Of a stretch of DNA of 64,000 nucleotides, positions 18,448 through 27,435 are shown one piece after another. The notes beneath the pieces were generated by a model. That model was given only the letters and a program-made list of their open reading frames with translations. It did not search any database and was not told the DNA's origin. Location: positions 3,080 to 67,079 of the forward strand of contig DATALQ010000013.1 in the NCBI GenBank assembly GCA_036260935.1, in the 5' to 3' direction. This DNA is from Clostridia bacterium. GTDB taxonomy: Bacteria; Bacillota; Clostridia; Acetivibrionales; DTU013. The translations under genes were made by a program, and so were the position numbers. Each line of letters opens with the position of its first letter. Position 1 is the first letter of the stretch.

Positions 18448-19763
18448 ATGTTTCGATTGTTGGTACGGGTTATGTCGGACTTGTAACGGGTGCGTGCCTG
18501 GCTTCGATGGGTATGAACGTACTTTGCTGCGATCAGGACGAGGCAAAAATAGCGAATCTCAAAAGAGGTATCCTGCCCGTTTACGAGCCGTGCCTTGAAA
18601 ATCTGGTAGATCATAGCGTCCGTAAACAAAAAAGACTTTGTTTCACTTCGGATATGAGAGCCGCCATAGAATATTCCGAAGTTATTTTTATCGCGGTAAA
18701 CACGCCTACCTTGCAGGACAACACCTGCGATACGAGCCACGTTTTCGACGTCGCCCGTGTAATCGCGCATAATATGGAATCCTACAGGCTTATCGTCAAC
18801 AAAAGTACGGTTCCGGTAGGAACAGGAAAGAAAATACGCGCAATGATCTCGGATATCCTCCATAAGAGGGGAGTTTCCACAGGCTTCGATATCGCCTCGA
18901 ATCCCGAATTCCTGAAGGAAGGCTCCGCAATCGAAGATTTTATCAATCCCGACAGGATAGTAATAGGCGCCGATAACCGCAAAGCTGTCGATATCCTGAA
19001 GGAAGTTTACAGTGAACAGGTATCCGGAAATATACCGGTAATGGTTACCGGTATAGAGGAGGCAGAAATGATAAAGTATGCCTCCAACGCATTTCTTGCA
19101 GCAAAAGTAAGCTTTATAAACGAGATCGCAAATTTATGCGAGGCCTGTAATATAGATGTTGCCTCTGTTTCTCAGGGAGTAGGCCTCGACAGAAGGATCG
19201 GCAGGCCGTACCTTAATGCAGGACCGGGCTTCGGCGGCAGCTGCTTCCCCAAGGATATAAGGGCATTGATCGGAACGAGCAGAGAGTATGGGTATGAACC
19301 ATACCTGCTGGAAAGCGTCGTTAGAGTTAATGAGCTGCAGAAGGAAAGAATGGTAAAAAAGGCTGAAAAGATACTCGGAGGCCTCGAAGGCAAAAGAATA
19401 ACTTTACTTGGACTTTCCTTCAAGCCGGGTACCGACGATATCCGGGAATCCCCGGCTCTATCGGTCCTTGAGCAGTTACTGGCAGGTAACGCGCGTATTT
19501 CCGCCTATGATCCCGAGGCAATGAAAACCCTGAAAAAAGAGCGGCCCGACATAAAAATAAGGTACTGCAGGGATCCCTATTCCGCCTGCAAAAACAGCGA
19601 ATGCATAATGCTGCTTACAGAATGGAAGGAGTTCACAAACCTGGATTTCAACCGGCTGAAGACTTCGGTAAGCAAACCTGTGTTCCTGGACCTCCGAAAC
19701 GTGTATGATCCGGATTATGTAAAAAGCTGCGGATTCTATTACGAAGGAGTTGGCAGGAAATGA
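18444..19763 (+). CDS. ugd: UDP-glucose 6-dehydrogenase
   Basis: MNVSIVGTGYVGLVTGACLA Rossmann start and GFGGSCFPKDIRAL catalytic Cys motif. Start moved to ATG 18444 (ATGA overlap) instead of the track's 18405. Confidence 0.9.
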   Translation: MNVSIVGTGYVGLVTGACLASMGMNVLCCDQDEAKIANLKRGILPVYEPCLENLVDHSVRKQKRLCFTSDMRAAIEYSEVIFIAVNTPTLQDNTCDTSHVFDVARVIAHNMESYRLIVNKSTVPVGTGKKIRAMISDILHKRGVSTGFDIASNPEFLKEGSAIEDFINPDRIVIGADNRKAVDILKEVYSEQVSGNIPVMVTGIEEAEMIKYASNAFLAAKVSFINEIANLCEACNIDVASVSQGVGLDRRIGRPYLNAGPGFGGSCFPKDIRALIGTSREYGYEPYLLESVVRVNELQKERMVKKAEKILGGLEGKRITLLGLSFKPGTDDIRESPALSVLEQLLAGNARISAYDPEAMKTLKKERPDIKIRYCRDPYSACKNSECIMLLTEWKEFTNLDFNRLKTSVSKPVFLDLRNVYDPDYVKSCGFYYEGVGRK

Positions 19764-20728
19764 GCGACAAATTGAACGACCTTTCCATCCTTGTGACCGG
19801 CGGCGCGGGTTTTATCGGCTCGCATCTTTGCGAGAGGCTGCTGTGCCTCGGAAACAGGGTCGTATGTCTGGATAACTTCAACGACGCCTACGACCATAAT
19901 ATAAAGATAAACAATATTCAGGCTGCCCTGTCCGATCCCGGGTTCAGGCTTATTGAAGGCGATATATTGGATTCGGCACTGGTCGGGGACATAATGGAGC
20001 GTTTCGGGATCGATACGGTCGTACACCTGGCAGCGCTTGCCGGAGTCCGCGCCTCCATAGCTGCCCCGCTGGACTACGTGGACACTGATATAAAGGGCAC
20101 TGTAACGCTGCTCGAAGCTTCCCGTAAACATGGTATCAAAAAGTTCATATTCGCATCCTCCTCTTCAGTTTACGGGACCTCAGCAACGCCCTTCAGCGAA
20201 GCCGATACCGCTTTGTCCCAGGTGTCGCCTTATGCGGCTGCCAAATACTCGGGTGAGCTTTACTGCAGGACATTTCACGAGCTGTACGGCATACCGACGG
20301 TCTGTCTTCGATTCTTTACGGTCTATGGCCCGAGGCAGCGTCCCGATATGGCCATAAGCAAATTTACGAGGGCGATAGCGGAAGACCGTGAAATCAATAT
20401 ATATGGAAACGGGAGCAGCTCAAGGGACTATACTTATGTCGATGACATCATAGACGGGATAATCGCGTCCATCCGCCTGAAATGCGGCTTTGAAGTTATC
20501 AATCTCGGAAATTCAAGCACCGCAGGCATATTGGACCTCGTCAAAATTATAGAAAGCAGACTAGGTAAAACTGCAAAAACCCGCTTTATCCCCGATCAGT
20601 TAGGCGACGTGCCTGCTACCTTTGCCGATATCGGCAAGGCTTCCGCCCTGTTGGGGTTCAAGCCAAAAGTCGGCCTTGCGGAGGGGATAGGGCGTTTCGC
20701 CGATTGGTTAGGACAAAAGGAAAATTGA
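19760..20728 (+). CDS. NAD-dependent epimerase (UDP-glucuronate 4-epimerase-like SDR)
   Basis: ILVTGGAGFIGSHL, SSSSVYG, YAAAKYSGE (YxxxK), FFTVYGPRQRPDMA. Confidence 0.85.
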   Translation: MSDKLNDLSILVTGGAGFIGSHLCERLLCLGNRVVCLDNFNDAYDHNIKINNIQAALSDPGFRLIEGDILDSALVGDIMERFGIDTVVHLAALAGVRASIAAPLDYVDTDIKGTVTLLEASRKHGIKKFIFASSSSVYGTSATPFSEADTALSQVSPYAAAKYSGELYCRTFHELYGIPTVCLRFFTVYGPRQRPDMAISKFTRAIAEDREINIYGNGSSSRDYTYVDDIIDGIIASIRLKCGFEVINLGNSSTAGILDLVKIIESRLGKTAKTRFIPDQLGDVPATFADIGKASALLGFKPKVGLAEGIGRFADWLGQKEN

Positions 20729-20748
20729 TAATTGTAGGACCGGTTTGA

Positions 20749-20865
20749 CAATGCAAGAAACCTTTCGGCCTGATCATGATCGAAGCCATGGCCTGCGGCA
20801 CGCCCGTTGCTGCCCTCTCCAACGGCGCGGTGCCGGGGGTCCTTAAACGTTTTCAGAACAAATAA
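20749..20865 (+). pseudogene. Relic of a GT4 glycosyltransferase C-terminus
   Basis: The short frame reads QCKKPFGLIMIEAMACGTPVAALSNGAVPGVLKRFQNK*. This contains the E(x7)E-region motif FGL..IEAMA.G.PV with no upstream body; an in-frame stop lies at 20746-20748. Confidence 0.6.
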
Positions 20866-20952
20866 AGAGTACAAACAGCCCAAACCTTTATGGGCTGCTC
20901 ATACTCCTATTCCCGACCGGACGGTCCTAAGTACTGCCTTTATGAGGCAGAT

Positions 20953-21135
20953 TTATCTGTGTTTCTTCGAGAGTGCTTTGTTTATGGCATATTCAAACTG
21001 TTCCCAACCAGTGTCTTGAATTTTTTTAATGATGCTTTTCTCTTCATGCTGATATTTTGGGGTATATCCCTTCCCTACCCTTTCAACACATCTGGCCGCC
21101 ATGCTTTTATCCCATCTGACAATATTCATGTCCAT
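20953..21135 (-). CDS. Hypothetical small protein (60 aa)
   Basis: MDMNIVRWDKSMAARCVERVGKGYTPKYQHEEKS... with an AGGATG SD 8 nt upstream. Sits in an AT-rich patch. No recognisable family. Confidence 0.3.
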   Translation of the reverse strand: MDMNIVRWDKSMAARCVERVGKGYTPKYQHEEKSIIKKIQDTGWEQFEYAINKALSKKHR

Positions 21136-21215
21136 AATTACACATCCTAACATGATAAATTTAATTTACATAATTAGTATATTAATGTGAACATGAAAAG
21201 TTGCATTTCCGATTA

Positions 21216-22613
21216 TCATTTCTGTACTACTTTTACTCCCTGCGGCGTATCCTCGAGCTGGTAGCCCATACTGCCGAGCTTATCCCTTATCTCGTCCGCA
21301 AGCTTCCAGTTCTTTTCCTTTCTCGCCTGTTGTCTCTGGTTAACCAGTGCCTCTATTTCAGGGTCGAGCGCAGGTTCTTCGGGAGCCTGCTTTCCGGCTG
21401 CCTTTGCAAAATCAAGTCCGAAGACCTCATCCATTTTAAGAAGCAGATCATACAGCGCGCGTGATTTCGTACCGTATCTCGCTATATTCCAGGCTACACC
21501 CATGGCTCTTGGTATATTCAGGTCGTCGTTAATAGCGTCTTCAAAATCCTTCCTGAACGATGCTGTCAGGCCTTCATCCACCTTTACGCTGACATCGGCA
21601 TTCTTATGCGCAAGAACACCTTCCAGCAGCCTGTCAAGAGCCACCTGCGCCGCTTTTAATCCATCCCATGTGAAGTTCAGCTTGCTCCTGTAATTCGCGT
21701 TGAGGCACATATATCTGTAAGCCAGGGGGCTATATCCGTTTTTCTTCAGGTCGGAAACGGTGTAGGTATTACCAAGACTTTTCGACATCTTGCCGTTATC
21801 GACGAGCAGGAACTCTCCGTGCAGCCAGTAATGAACAGCCGGTTTGCCGAGCAAAGCCTCGCTCTGGGCTATCTCATTCTCGTGATGCACTGGTATGTGA
21901 TCGACGCCGCCGGTATGGATGTCGAATACATCCCCGAGATATTTCCTGCTCATAGCCGAGCATTCTATGTGCCACCCCGGATAACCCATGCCCCATGGAC
22001 TTGACCACTGCATTATATGTTCCCTGGGCGCCTTTTTCCAGAGTGCGAAATCCGCAGGATGTCTTTTTTCCTCGTTGACGTCGACGCGCGCTCCTGCGAT
22101 TTGCCCCTCCAGATCCAGACCCGACAGTTTGCCATAGCCTTTGAATTTCATAACGTCAAAATATATCCCGTCGCTCGTTTCATAACCATAGCCCTTTTCC
22201 ACGAGGCCTTGAACAAACTCGATCATTTCATTGATATGATCGGTCGCTTTTGCTATATATTCAGGCTTGCCTATGTTCAGCTCGGCAATATCGTTCATGA
22301 ATACGCCCGTGTAGTACTCGGCGATCTCCCATGGCGATTTGTTTGCCTGCTTGGCGGTCTTCATCATTTTGTCCTCGCCCTCGTCGGCGTCCGAAACCAG
22401 GTGACCCACATCCGTAATATTCATTACATGCTTTAGTGTAAGGCCGTTGTACTTCAATACACGTCTGAGTATGTCCATGAACACATATGTCCTTAAGTTG
22501 CCTATATGTGCATACTGATAGACCGTCGGCCCGCATGAATAGATCTTTGCCGCACCTTCCTCCATCGGCTTGAATTCCTCTTTTTGCCTTGTAAGGGTAT
22601 TATAAAGCTTCAT
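21216..22613 (-). CDS. cysS: Cysteine--tRNA ligase
   Basis: HIGNLRTY (HIGH) and KMSKSLGN (KMSKS). 465 aa. Confidence 0.95.
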   Translation of the reverse strand: MKLYNTLTRQKEEFKPMEEGAAKIYSCGPTVYQYAHIGNLRTYVFMDILRRVLKYNGLTLKHVMNITDVGHLVSDADEGEDKMMKTAKQANKSPWEIAEYYTGVFMNDIAELNIGKPEYIAKATDHINEMIEFVQGLVEKGYGYETSDGIYFDVMKFKGYGKLSGLDLEGQIAGARVDVNEEKRHPADFALWKKAPREHIMQWSSPWGMGYPGWHIECSAMSRKYLGDVFDIHTGGVDHIPVHHENEIAQSEALLGKPAVHYWLHGEFLLVDNGKMSKSLGNTYTVSDLKKNGYSPLAYRYMCLNANYRSKLNFTWDGLKAAQVALDRLLEGVLAHKNADVSVKVDEGLTASFRKDFEDAINDDLNIPRAMGVAWNIARYGTKSRALYDLLLKMDEVFGLDFAKAAGKQAPEEPALDPEIEALVNQRQQARKEKNWKLADEIRDKLGSMGYQLEDTPQGVKVVQK

Positions 22614-22649
22614 CTCGATAACCTCCGCTGTATTTTATCTAAACCTTAT

Positions 22650-23381
22650 TTATAGCTGCTCCTGATTCTCTGATTTGACAGGAGCCTGTTCCTCCCCTGC
22701 CAATGTCGGCTTATCTTTGCAGTTTTCAATGTCTGCCGGTTTGACATGCTCCCCGCGCAGCACCGCTTCCAGGTGCTCGATACGGACCTGCAGTCTGCAA
22801 AGCTCCTGTGAAACAGGGTCAGCTATGTGTACCTGGTCCAGTTCGAAGGAGGGAGCAAGTTTCCTCCCTGCATGTTTTACAGGCCGAGCCTTTGGACCTG
22901 TAATCGTCGTATCCGGCATTACATCTTCCAGCACGACAGATCCCGCCCCTATCATGGCATTGTCCCCTATGTTTATCGGGCCCAGCAGCTTTGCTCCCGC
23001 ACCTATAAGCACATTATTGCCTATCGTGGGGTGTCTTTTGCCCTTGTCTTTTCCAGTACCGCCCAGTGTCACGCCGTGATATATGGTACAATTATTCCCT
23101 ATCTCGGCCGTTTCACCAACAACGATCCCCATCCCGTGATCCATGAACAGGCCCCTCCCGATTATAGCTCCGGGATGTATCTCTATCCCCGTCATGAATC
23201 TCGAAAACTGTGACGTCAATCTGGCGAGAAAGAAAAGCTTCCTTTTGAAAAACCAATGCGCCGCACGGTGATAAAACAGTGCGTGGAAACCGGGATAAAG
23301 CAGGAAAACCTCCAGTGTGCTCTTCGCCGCGGGATCTCTTTGCGCTATTGACCTGGCGTCGCTTAATAACCCTTTAAACAT
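22650..23381 (-). CDS. cysE: Serine O-acetyltransferase
   Basis: Hexapeptide repeats [28 protein letters not shown]...[17 protein letters not shown]-terminal tail of about 60 aa goes beyond the usual end. Confidence 0.9.
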   Translation of the reverse strand: MFKGLLSDARSIAQRDPAAKSTLEVFLLYPGFHALFYHRAAHWFFKRKLFFLARLTSQFSRFMTGIEIHPGAIIGRGLFMDHGMGIVVGETAEIGNNCTIYHGVTLGGTGKDKGKRHPTIGNNVLIGAGAKLLGPINIGDNAMIGAGSVVLEDVMPDTTITGPKARPVKHAGRKLAPSFELDQVHIADPVSQELCRLQVRIEHLEAVLRGEHVKPADIENCKDKPTLAGEEQAPVKSENQEQL

Positions 23382-23452
23382 ATAAATGCCTCACCTGTTA
23401 ACAACTTTCGCATCTTTTTATTATACCCATGAATAAAAAACGTTCCATACAT

Positions 23453-23715
23453 AAAAAAACTTCGCCCCTCATATAGAGGCGAAGTTATCCGCGGTCCCAC
23501 TCTAATCCGGCCATGACCAGGGTCAATTGCCGGTCTCATCTGCATATAACGGAGCATCAACCCGTGAAATCCTACTTGTTCGGCACTCGTTACAACAGCC
23601 CGATTTTCGGATCTCAGACTCACCCGGGGCACTTCTCCCGACAAATGACCAATACCGCTTCCAGCCGGTGACGGTATCTCTCTGGGGCTAATGTTTCGGG
23701 TTACTTTCCCGGTTC
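23453..23715 (-). promoter_or_regulatory. T-box leader (Cys specifier) with terminator, upstream of cysE-cysS
   Basis: The minus strand has an AGAGA stem I motif, a candidate specifier GAAGUGCC containing UGC, the T-box attAGAGTGGGACCGCGg, then the terminator aacttcgcctctatatgaggggcgaagttttttt. Confidence 0.8.
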
Positions 23716-23887
23716 ATTGTCTTTGAAACATTATACAATTTCATGTATTTCATTCATTTTATCAAATATTAGTTATAAAGTAAACAAATAAGGTGTTTCA
23801 ATCTGCATAAACAAAACATACGAAATTAATAATAGTATTGACGGCAATTTGCATTTTCATTATATCCTTTGAAAGGAAGTGATATGA

Positions 23888-24250
23888 TTGGCTGAAAATG
23901 TCGAAAGAACGCAGCATTTCAGTTTCGGACAGTTTATAATAAGGTGGTTGGTCGGAGCAGTAGTATTGGCTGTTACGGCATTTCTTACACCGGGTTTCTC
24001 CATAGCCAGCATATGGTCGTTGATCGTGGCTGCCGCCGTTATCGCGATCCTTGATTACCTGGCACAGAGGATCCTTGGAGTAGACGCAACGCCGTTTGGA
24101 AGAGGGCTGACCGGATTCATAGTAGCTGCAATTATAATCTATGTCGTCAAGTTTATTGTACCAGGCTATTCCGTAACAGTGCTCGGTGCAATACTCGCTG
24201 CTCTTGTGTACGGCATCATCAACCTGTTGATCCCCGGCAAAACCATGTAA
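23888..24250 (+). CDS. Phage-holin-family-IV-like small membrane protein
   Basis: 120 aa with 4 predicted TM segments and a TTG start. Resembles PF04020-type proteins from memory. Confidence 0.5.
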   Translation: MAENVERTQHFSFGQFIIRWLVGAVVLAVTAFLTPGFSIASIWSLIVAAAVIAILDYLAQRILGVDATPFGRGLTGFIVAAIIIYVVKFIVPGYSVTVLGAILAALVYGIINLLIPGKTM

Positions 24251-24319
24251 TATGCCAGGTTAGGTGCGAACTCACAATTGGGCATGCGCTCATGCCGGCC
24301 ACATGTCAAGTATCAAAAT

Positions 24320-24344
24320 AAAGGGATGGCTATGCCATCCCTTT
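24320..24344. terminator. Bidirectional hairpin between convergent genes
   Basis: aagggatggc-tat-gccatccctt flanked by an A-run and a T-run. Confidence 0.6.
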
Positions 24345-24361
24345 ATGTATATACTACACTT

Positions 24362-25267
24362 TTATTCATCTTTTGTCATACTTCTTTCTTCATCAATCGC
24401 CCCGGGGAAATCCGCTATTTGGGGCGGGAAGAATTCATCTATGGGGAAGTCGATTGTTTCAAACAATTCGCAGGGATTCTCATCAGTAGAAGCAACACAT
24501 CTCTTGTGCGGTACGCAGAAGTCGAATGCGGGTATGAGCAGCTGGACCATCCTGGCAAGCTTGACGATCGAGAACAATCCTATCGTCACAACGACCTGCC
24601 TGGCTATTACCAGATGTCTCGTGTCGTCCGTGGCCAGATCGGTTTCATCGAAGTCGACAGCATCGAGCATGTTGCTGACTACCTTCGGTACCATCCTGTC
24701 GCAGTCGTCGTTGGCATTTTCAAGAACTTCAGCTATCCTGGCATTCAATGCGATCGGCTCGGCGACCTCCACCTTGGCGATCGGAAGGTTATCCTGCTGC
24801 AATGCTGAATCGCCGTGGTTATCTAAGTCATGCTCCGCAAAGTGCGACTTGAATATCTTCACATTGCCTTCGGAACCGAACAGAATGACTTTCTTGTCAA
24901 AGAGTACGATACCGGGAACTGTAATAATCTTTATACCGCCAGTCACCCTGGGTACAAAGAAGTCCAGCGTCACCTTGATGAAGAATTTGATGTCAACTGT
25001 GAAGAAACCCCTCTTGAACGGCACTTCCTCGACATCGGTAAATACTCTCACAACCTCTGCGCGTCTGGCTTTTACATTGATCGCATGGTTAACGATCCAG
25101 TTCACTTTGTCGGGGTCCTTGAAATATACTCTTGCATCTTCGATGCAATCTTTTTCTTTACATGAATCATAAATCTTTTCTACCTGTATACAAACTGCTT
25201 CCTTTATCCTGCAAAGGTCCTTATCACTGATTAGGCCCGGAAGCACTTTTTCGTGATTATAGCTCAT
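24362..25267 (-). CDS. Conserved hypothetical Cys-rich acidic protein (possibly spore-associated)
   Basis: Start set to ATG 25267 (MSYNHEK...) behind GAAGGGGGA; the track's ATG 25285 lies inside the SD. Contains CRIKEAVCIQVEKIYDSCKEKDC. The antisense 302-aa plus ORF is Ser/Thr junk. Confidence 0.5.
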   Translation of the reverse strand: MSYNHEKVLPGLISDKDLCRIKEAVCIQVEKIYDSCKEKDCIEDARVYFKDPDKVNWIVNHAINVKARRAEVVRVFTDVEEVPFKRGFFTVDIKFFIKVTLDFFVPRVTGGIKIITVPGIVLFDKKVILFGSEGNVKIFKSHFAEHDLDNHGDSALQQDNLPIAKVEVAEPIALNARIAEVLENANDDCDRMVPKVVSNMLDAVDFDETDLATDDTRHLVIARQVVVTIGLFSIVKLARMVQLLIPAFDFCVPHKRCVASTDENPCELFETIDFPIDEFFPPQIADFPGAIDEERSMTKDE

Positions 25268-25488
25268 ATCTAAATCCCCCTTCATTTAAAGCTATATAAA
25301 TTTGATTTCCCTCTCATTTTCATAATATGTTACATTCGTTTTTTTGTGATATTTGGAACCGTTGAAATATAACTTCCGGTAATATTTCAGCCGATCCTTA
25401 GTAAAACTTTATAAATCAGAGCATATACTGCCATAAATCAAAATGAAACCGTCATATATATAATAAGAATAGTTGTATGGAAGTGTGA

Positions 25489-27366
25489 GTGGGGCAAATG
25501 TTCAGTCTGCAGAACAGGCAGTTTATTTTCAGGCAGCCTAACGGGGAAGTGCGCAGCATCTTTTGTGACCAGAGGCAGAACCTGTGTTTCAATACATTGA
25601 CAAGAAGAGGAATATGGAGCAACGCGGCCGTATTGCATAAAAACGTTTATCAGAACTTCTATGCGGAAATTGACCAGGACGAGAACTATCACATCCTGTT
25701 CCAGGATAGCGGCGGAAATATCATTTATTCCAGGTTGGATGGACAAAACCTCAAATCCGTTCCCGTACTGAACAGCAAGGTTCCGACTGCATACGACAAG
25801 CAGCTTTGTATTGTGCCATTCAAAAATCAGGTTTACCTGTTTTATGTTCTGCAGCATGACAACTCGTTCATGCTTGCATACCAGATGCTAGCAAACAACA
25901 GGATGGGTACGCCCAAGGTCGTGGATTATGTTTCGGGCAGCAGCGTTCCCTGTTCGGTCATTTACGACAGTAACGAAAATATTTACGCTTTTTACCAGTC
26001 TTACGACGGGAAGTATTTGCAGCTAGGTTTCAAGAAGTTCAACACGGCGCAGAAGCACTGGAGCGATTTCATGCCCATTACAAAATATCAGGGCAACTGC
26101 GAGTATCCGCACACCCTTATTGACAGCAACGGCATAATCCATTTATGTTATCAGAGGCGCACACCGAAGCTGTTCGAGATGGTATACCAGCGGAAGGATC
26201 CTGATAAAAATCTATGGTCTCCCGAAATAGTCGTACACTCCTCTGTCCACTCCTTCGAGAAGGCCTCAATTTTGCAGACTGAAAACAGGCTGGTCATATT
26301 CTGGGTGCGCGAGGATGTCATATACTACAGTGAAAGCTCGATTGCCGGAGAAGGCTGGAGTAGGCCGTCAAGGTATTCCAACCAGTATGGCCGCAGCCTG
26401 CAGTGCATATGCTACAAATATCTCCGGCCATTGCCGGACAGGATACAGGACGCACGAACCCGGAACAGCTTCAAAAGCAGCCAGGACGAACCACAGTCCG
26501 ATCACTACGGGCCTCAGGACGGCCAGTACCCATCAGGTTCGCCTGACCAAAGAGATGAGGGCAGATATGTCTCATCAATGGCTCCTGAAATTTATCCCGG
26601 CACCGCGGCAAACGGTTTGAAGCTGGCCTTTGTAAGCATCGACCAATTCGGGGATCTCTTCGGAGACAGGCCTTCTTATCCTGTTTCCGACTATGCATCC
26701 GAATTTCGGGAAGCAGGCAGTCCTTCACCAACTGGAGGCGATGTCAGAAAGATCATCCTCGACACCTTCAAGCAGCTGCAGAGTAGTGTTGATGAGGTTC
26801 GCGTAGGCTGGTCCGAAAACAAAAAGGAAATGGCACGTCTTACGAACGCATATCTTGAACTGGTAAAAGAGATGGGAAAGTACACTATCCGCATGAATAT
26901 GCTCGAGAATCAGCTGAAACAGCTCAAGAAGCCGGCAGCCAGGGATGATTCGGCAAACCGTGAACAGGCGGCAGTCAGCGGTAACGGAGATGAAAATATA
27001 GATTACGCATCACCTTCAAGGCACAAGGCATCGGAACCGGAGGCCGTAAGCAAATTCAAGGCAATCGATATCGACAGTATGGAAGGAATCCCGGGAACAC
27101 GGCGGTTTTCAAGGACAAATGCCCCAAAGATGCCCGTCAGCGCACATGAAAGCAATGATATGCCGGTTGGCGCAGATAACATAAAACCCGCAATTGATGA
27201 CCGGAAGGAACCGGAGGAACATACCCTGCCAGAAAGCCGGAACGCAGTATCACAGCAGAAGGACCAAAAGGCTCCAAAAAAGCCGGGTGCTTCGCTCGAT
27301 CCCGAAAAGCTGAAGGAGTGGGAGGAGTGGCAGGAGCCAAGGGAATGGAAGGAACGTGGTGAATAA
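25489..27366 (+). CDS. Hypothetical protein: beta-rich repeat N-domain plus disordered/coiled-coil C-terminus
   Basis: 625 aa. The N-terminal about 330 aa has recurring Y/F-x-Y strand motifs (HILFQDSGGNIIYS, NIYAFYQSYDG, IIHLCYQRR, LVIFWVREDVIYYS), which looks propeller-like. The C-half is low complexity with an LTNAYLELVKEMGKYTIRMNMLENQLKQLK coil. The start could be ATG at 25498. Confidence 0.5.
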   Translation: MGQMFSLQNRQFIFRQPNGEVRSIFCDQRQNLCFNTLTRRGIWSNAAVLHKNVYQNFYAEIDQDENYHILFQDSGGNIIYSRLDGQNLKSVPVLNSKVPTAYDKQLCIVPFKNQVYLFYVLQHDNSFMLAYQMLANNRMGTPKVVDYVSGSSVPCSVIYDSNENIYAFYQSYDGKYLQLGFKKFNTAQKHWSDFMPITKYQGNCEYPHTLIDSNGIIHLCYQRRTPKLFEMVYQRKDPDKNLWSPEIVVHSSVHSFEKASILQTENRLVIFWVREDVIYYSESSIAGEGWSRPSRYSNQYGRSLQCICYKYLRPLPDRIQDARTRNSFKSSQDEPQSDHYGPQDGQYPSGSPDQRDEGRYVSSMAPEIYPGTAANGLKLAFVSIDQFGDLFGDRPSYPVSDYASEFREAGSPSPTGGDVRKIILDTFKQLQSSVDEVRVGWSENKKEMARLTNAYLELVKEMGKYTIRMNMLENQLKQLKKPAARDDSANREQAAVSGNGDENIDYASPSRHKASEPEAVSKFKAIDIDSMEGIPGTRRFSRTNAPKMPVSAHESNDMPVGADNIKPAIDDRKEPEEHTLPESRNAVSQQKDQKAPKKPGASLDPEKLKEWEEWQEPREWKERGE

Positions 27367-27377
27367 GAAAGCCAGAA

Positions 27378-27416
27378 TCGGGGCTTGCAGGCTGAAATCC
27401 GGCTTGCAAGCCCCGA
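27378..27416. terminator. Bidirectional terminator hairpin (12-bp stem)
   Basis: tcggggcttgca ... tgcaagccccga between convergent genes. Confidence 0.7.
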
Positions 27417-27435
27417 CTATTAACAAAGAGGATTT

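Noticed and set aside
20876-20897. Hairpin cagccca-N8-tgggctg as a terminator of the coat operon
   Set aside because: It has a short stem and no following U-tract, which is too weak to list as a feature.
23363-23644. 93-aa minus-strand ORF upstream of cysE
   Set aside because: It coincides with the T-box leader, so the RNA element explains the sequence.
24264-25172. 302-aa plus-strand ORF
   Set aside because: It is the Ser/Thr/Leu-rich mirror frame of the minus-strand gene, which has a strong SD and balanced composition.
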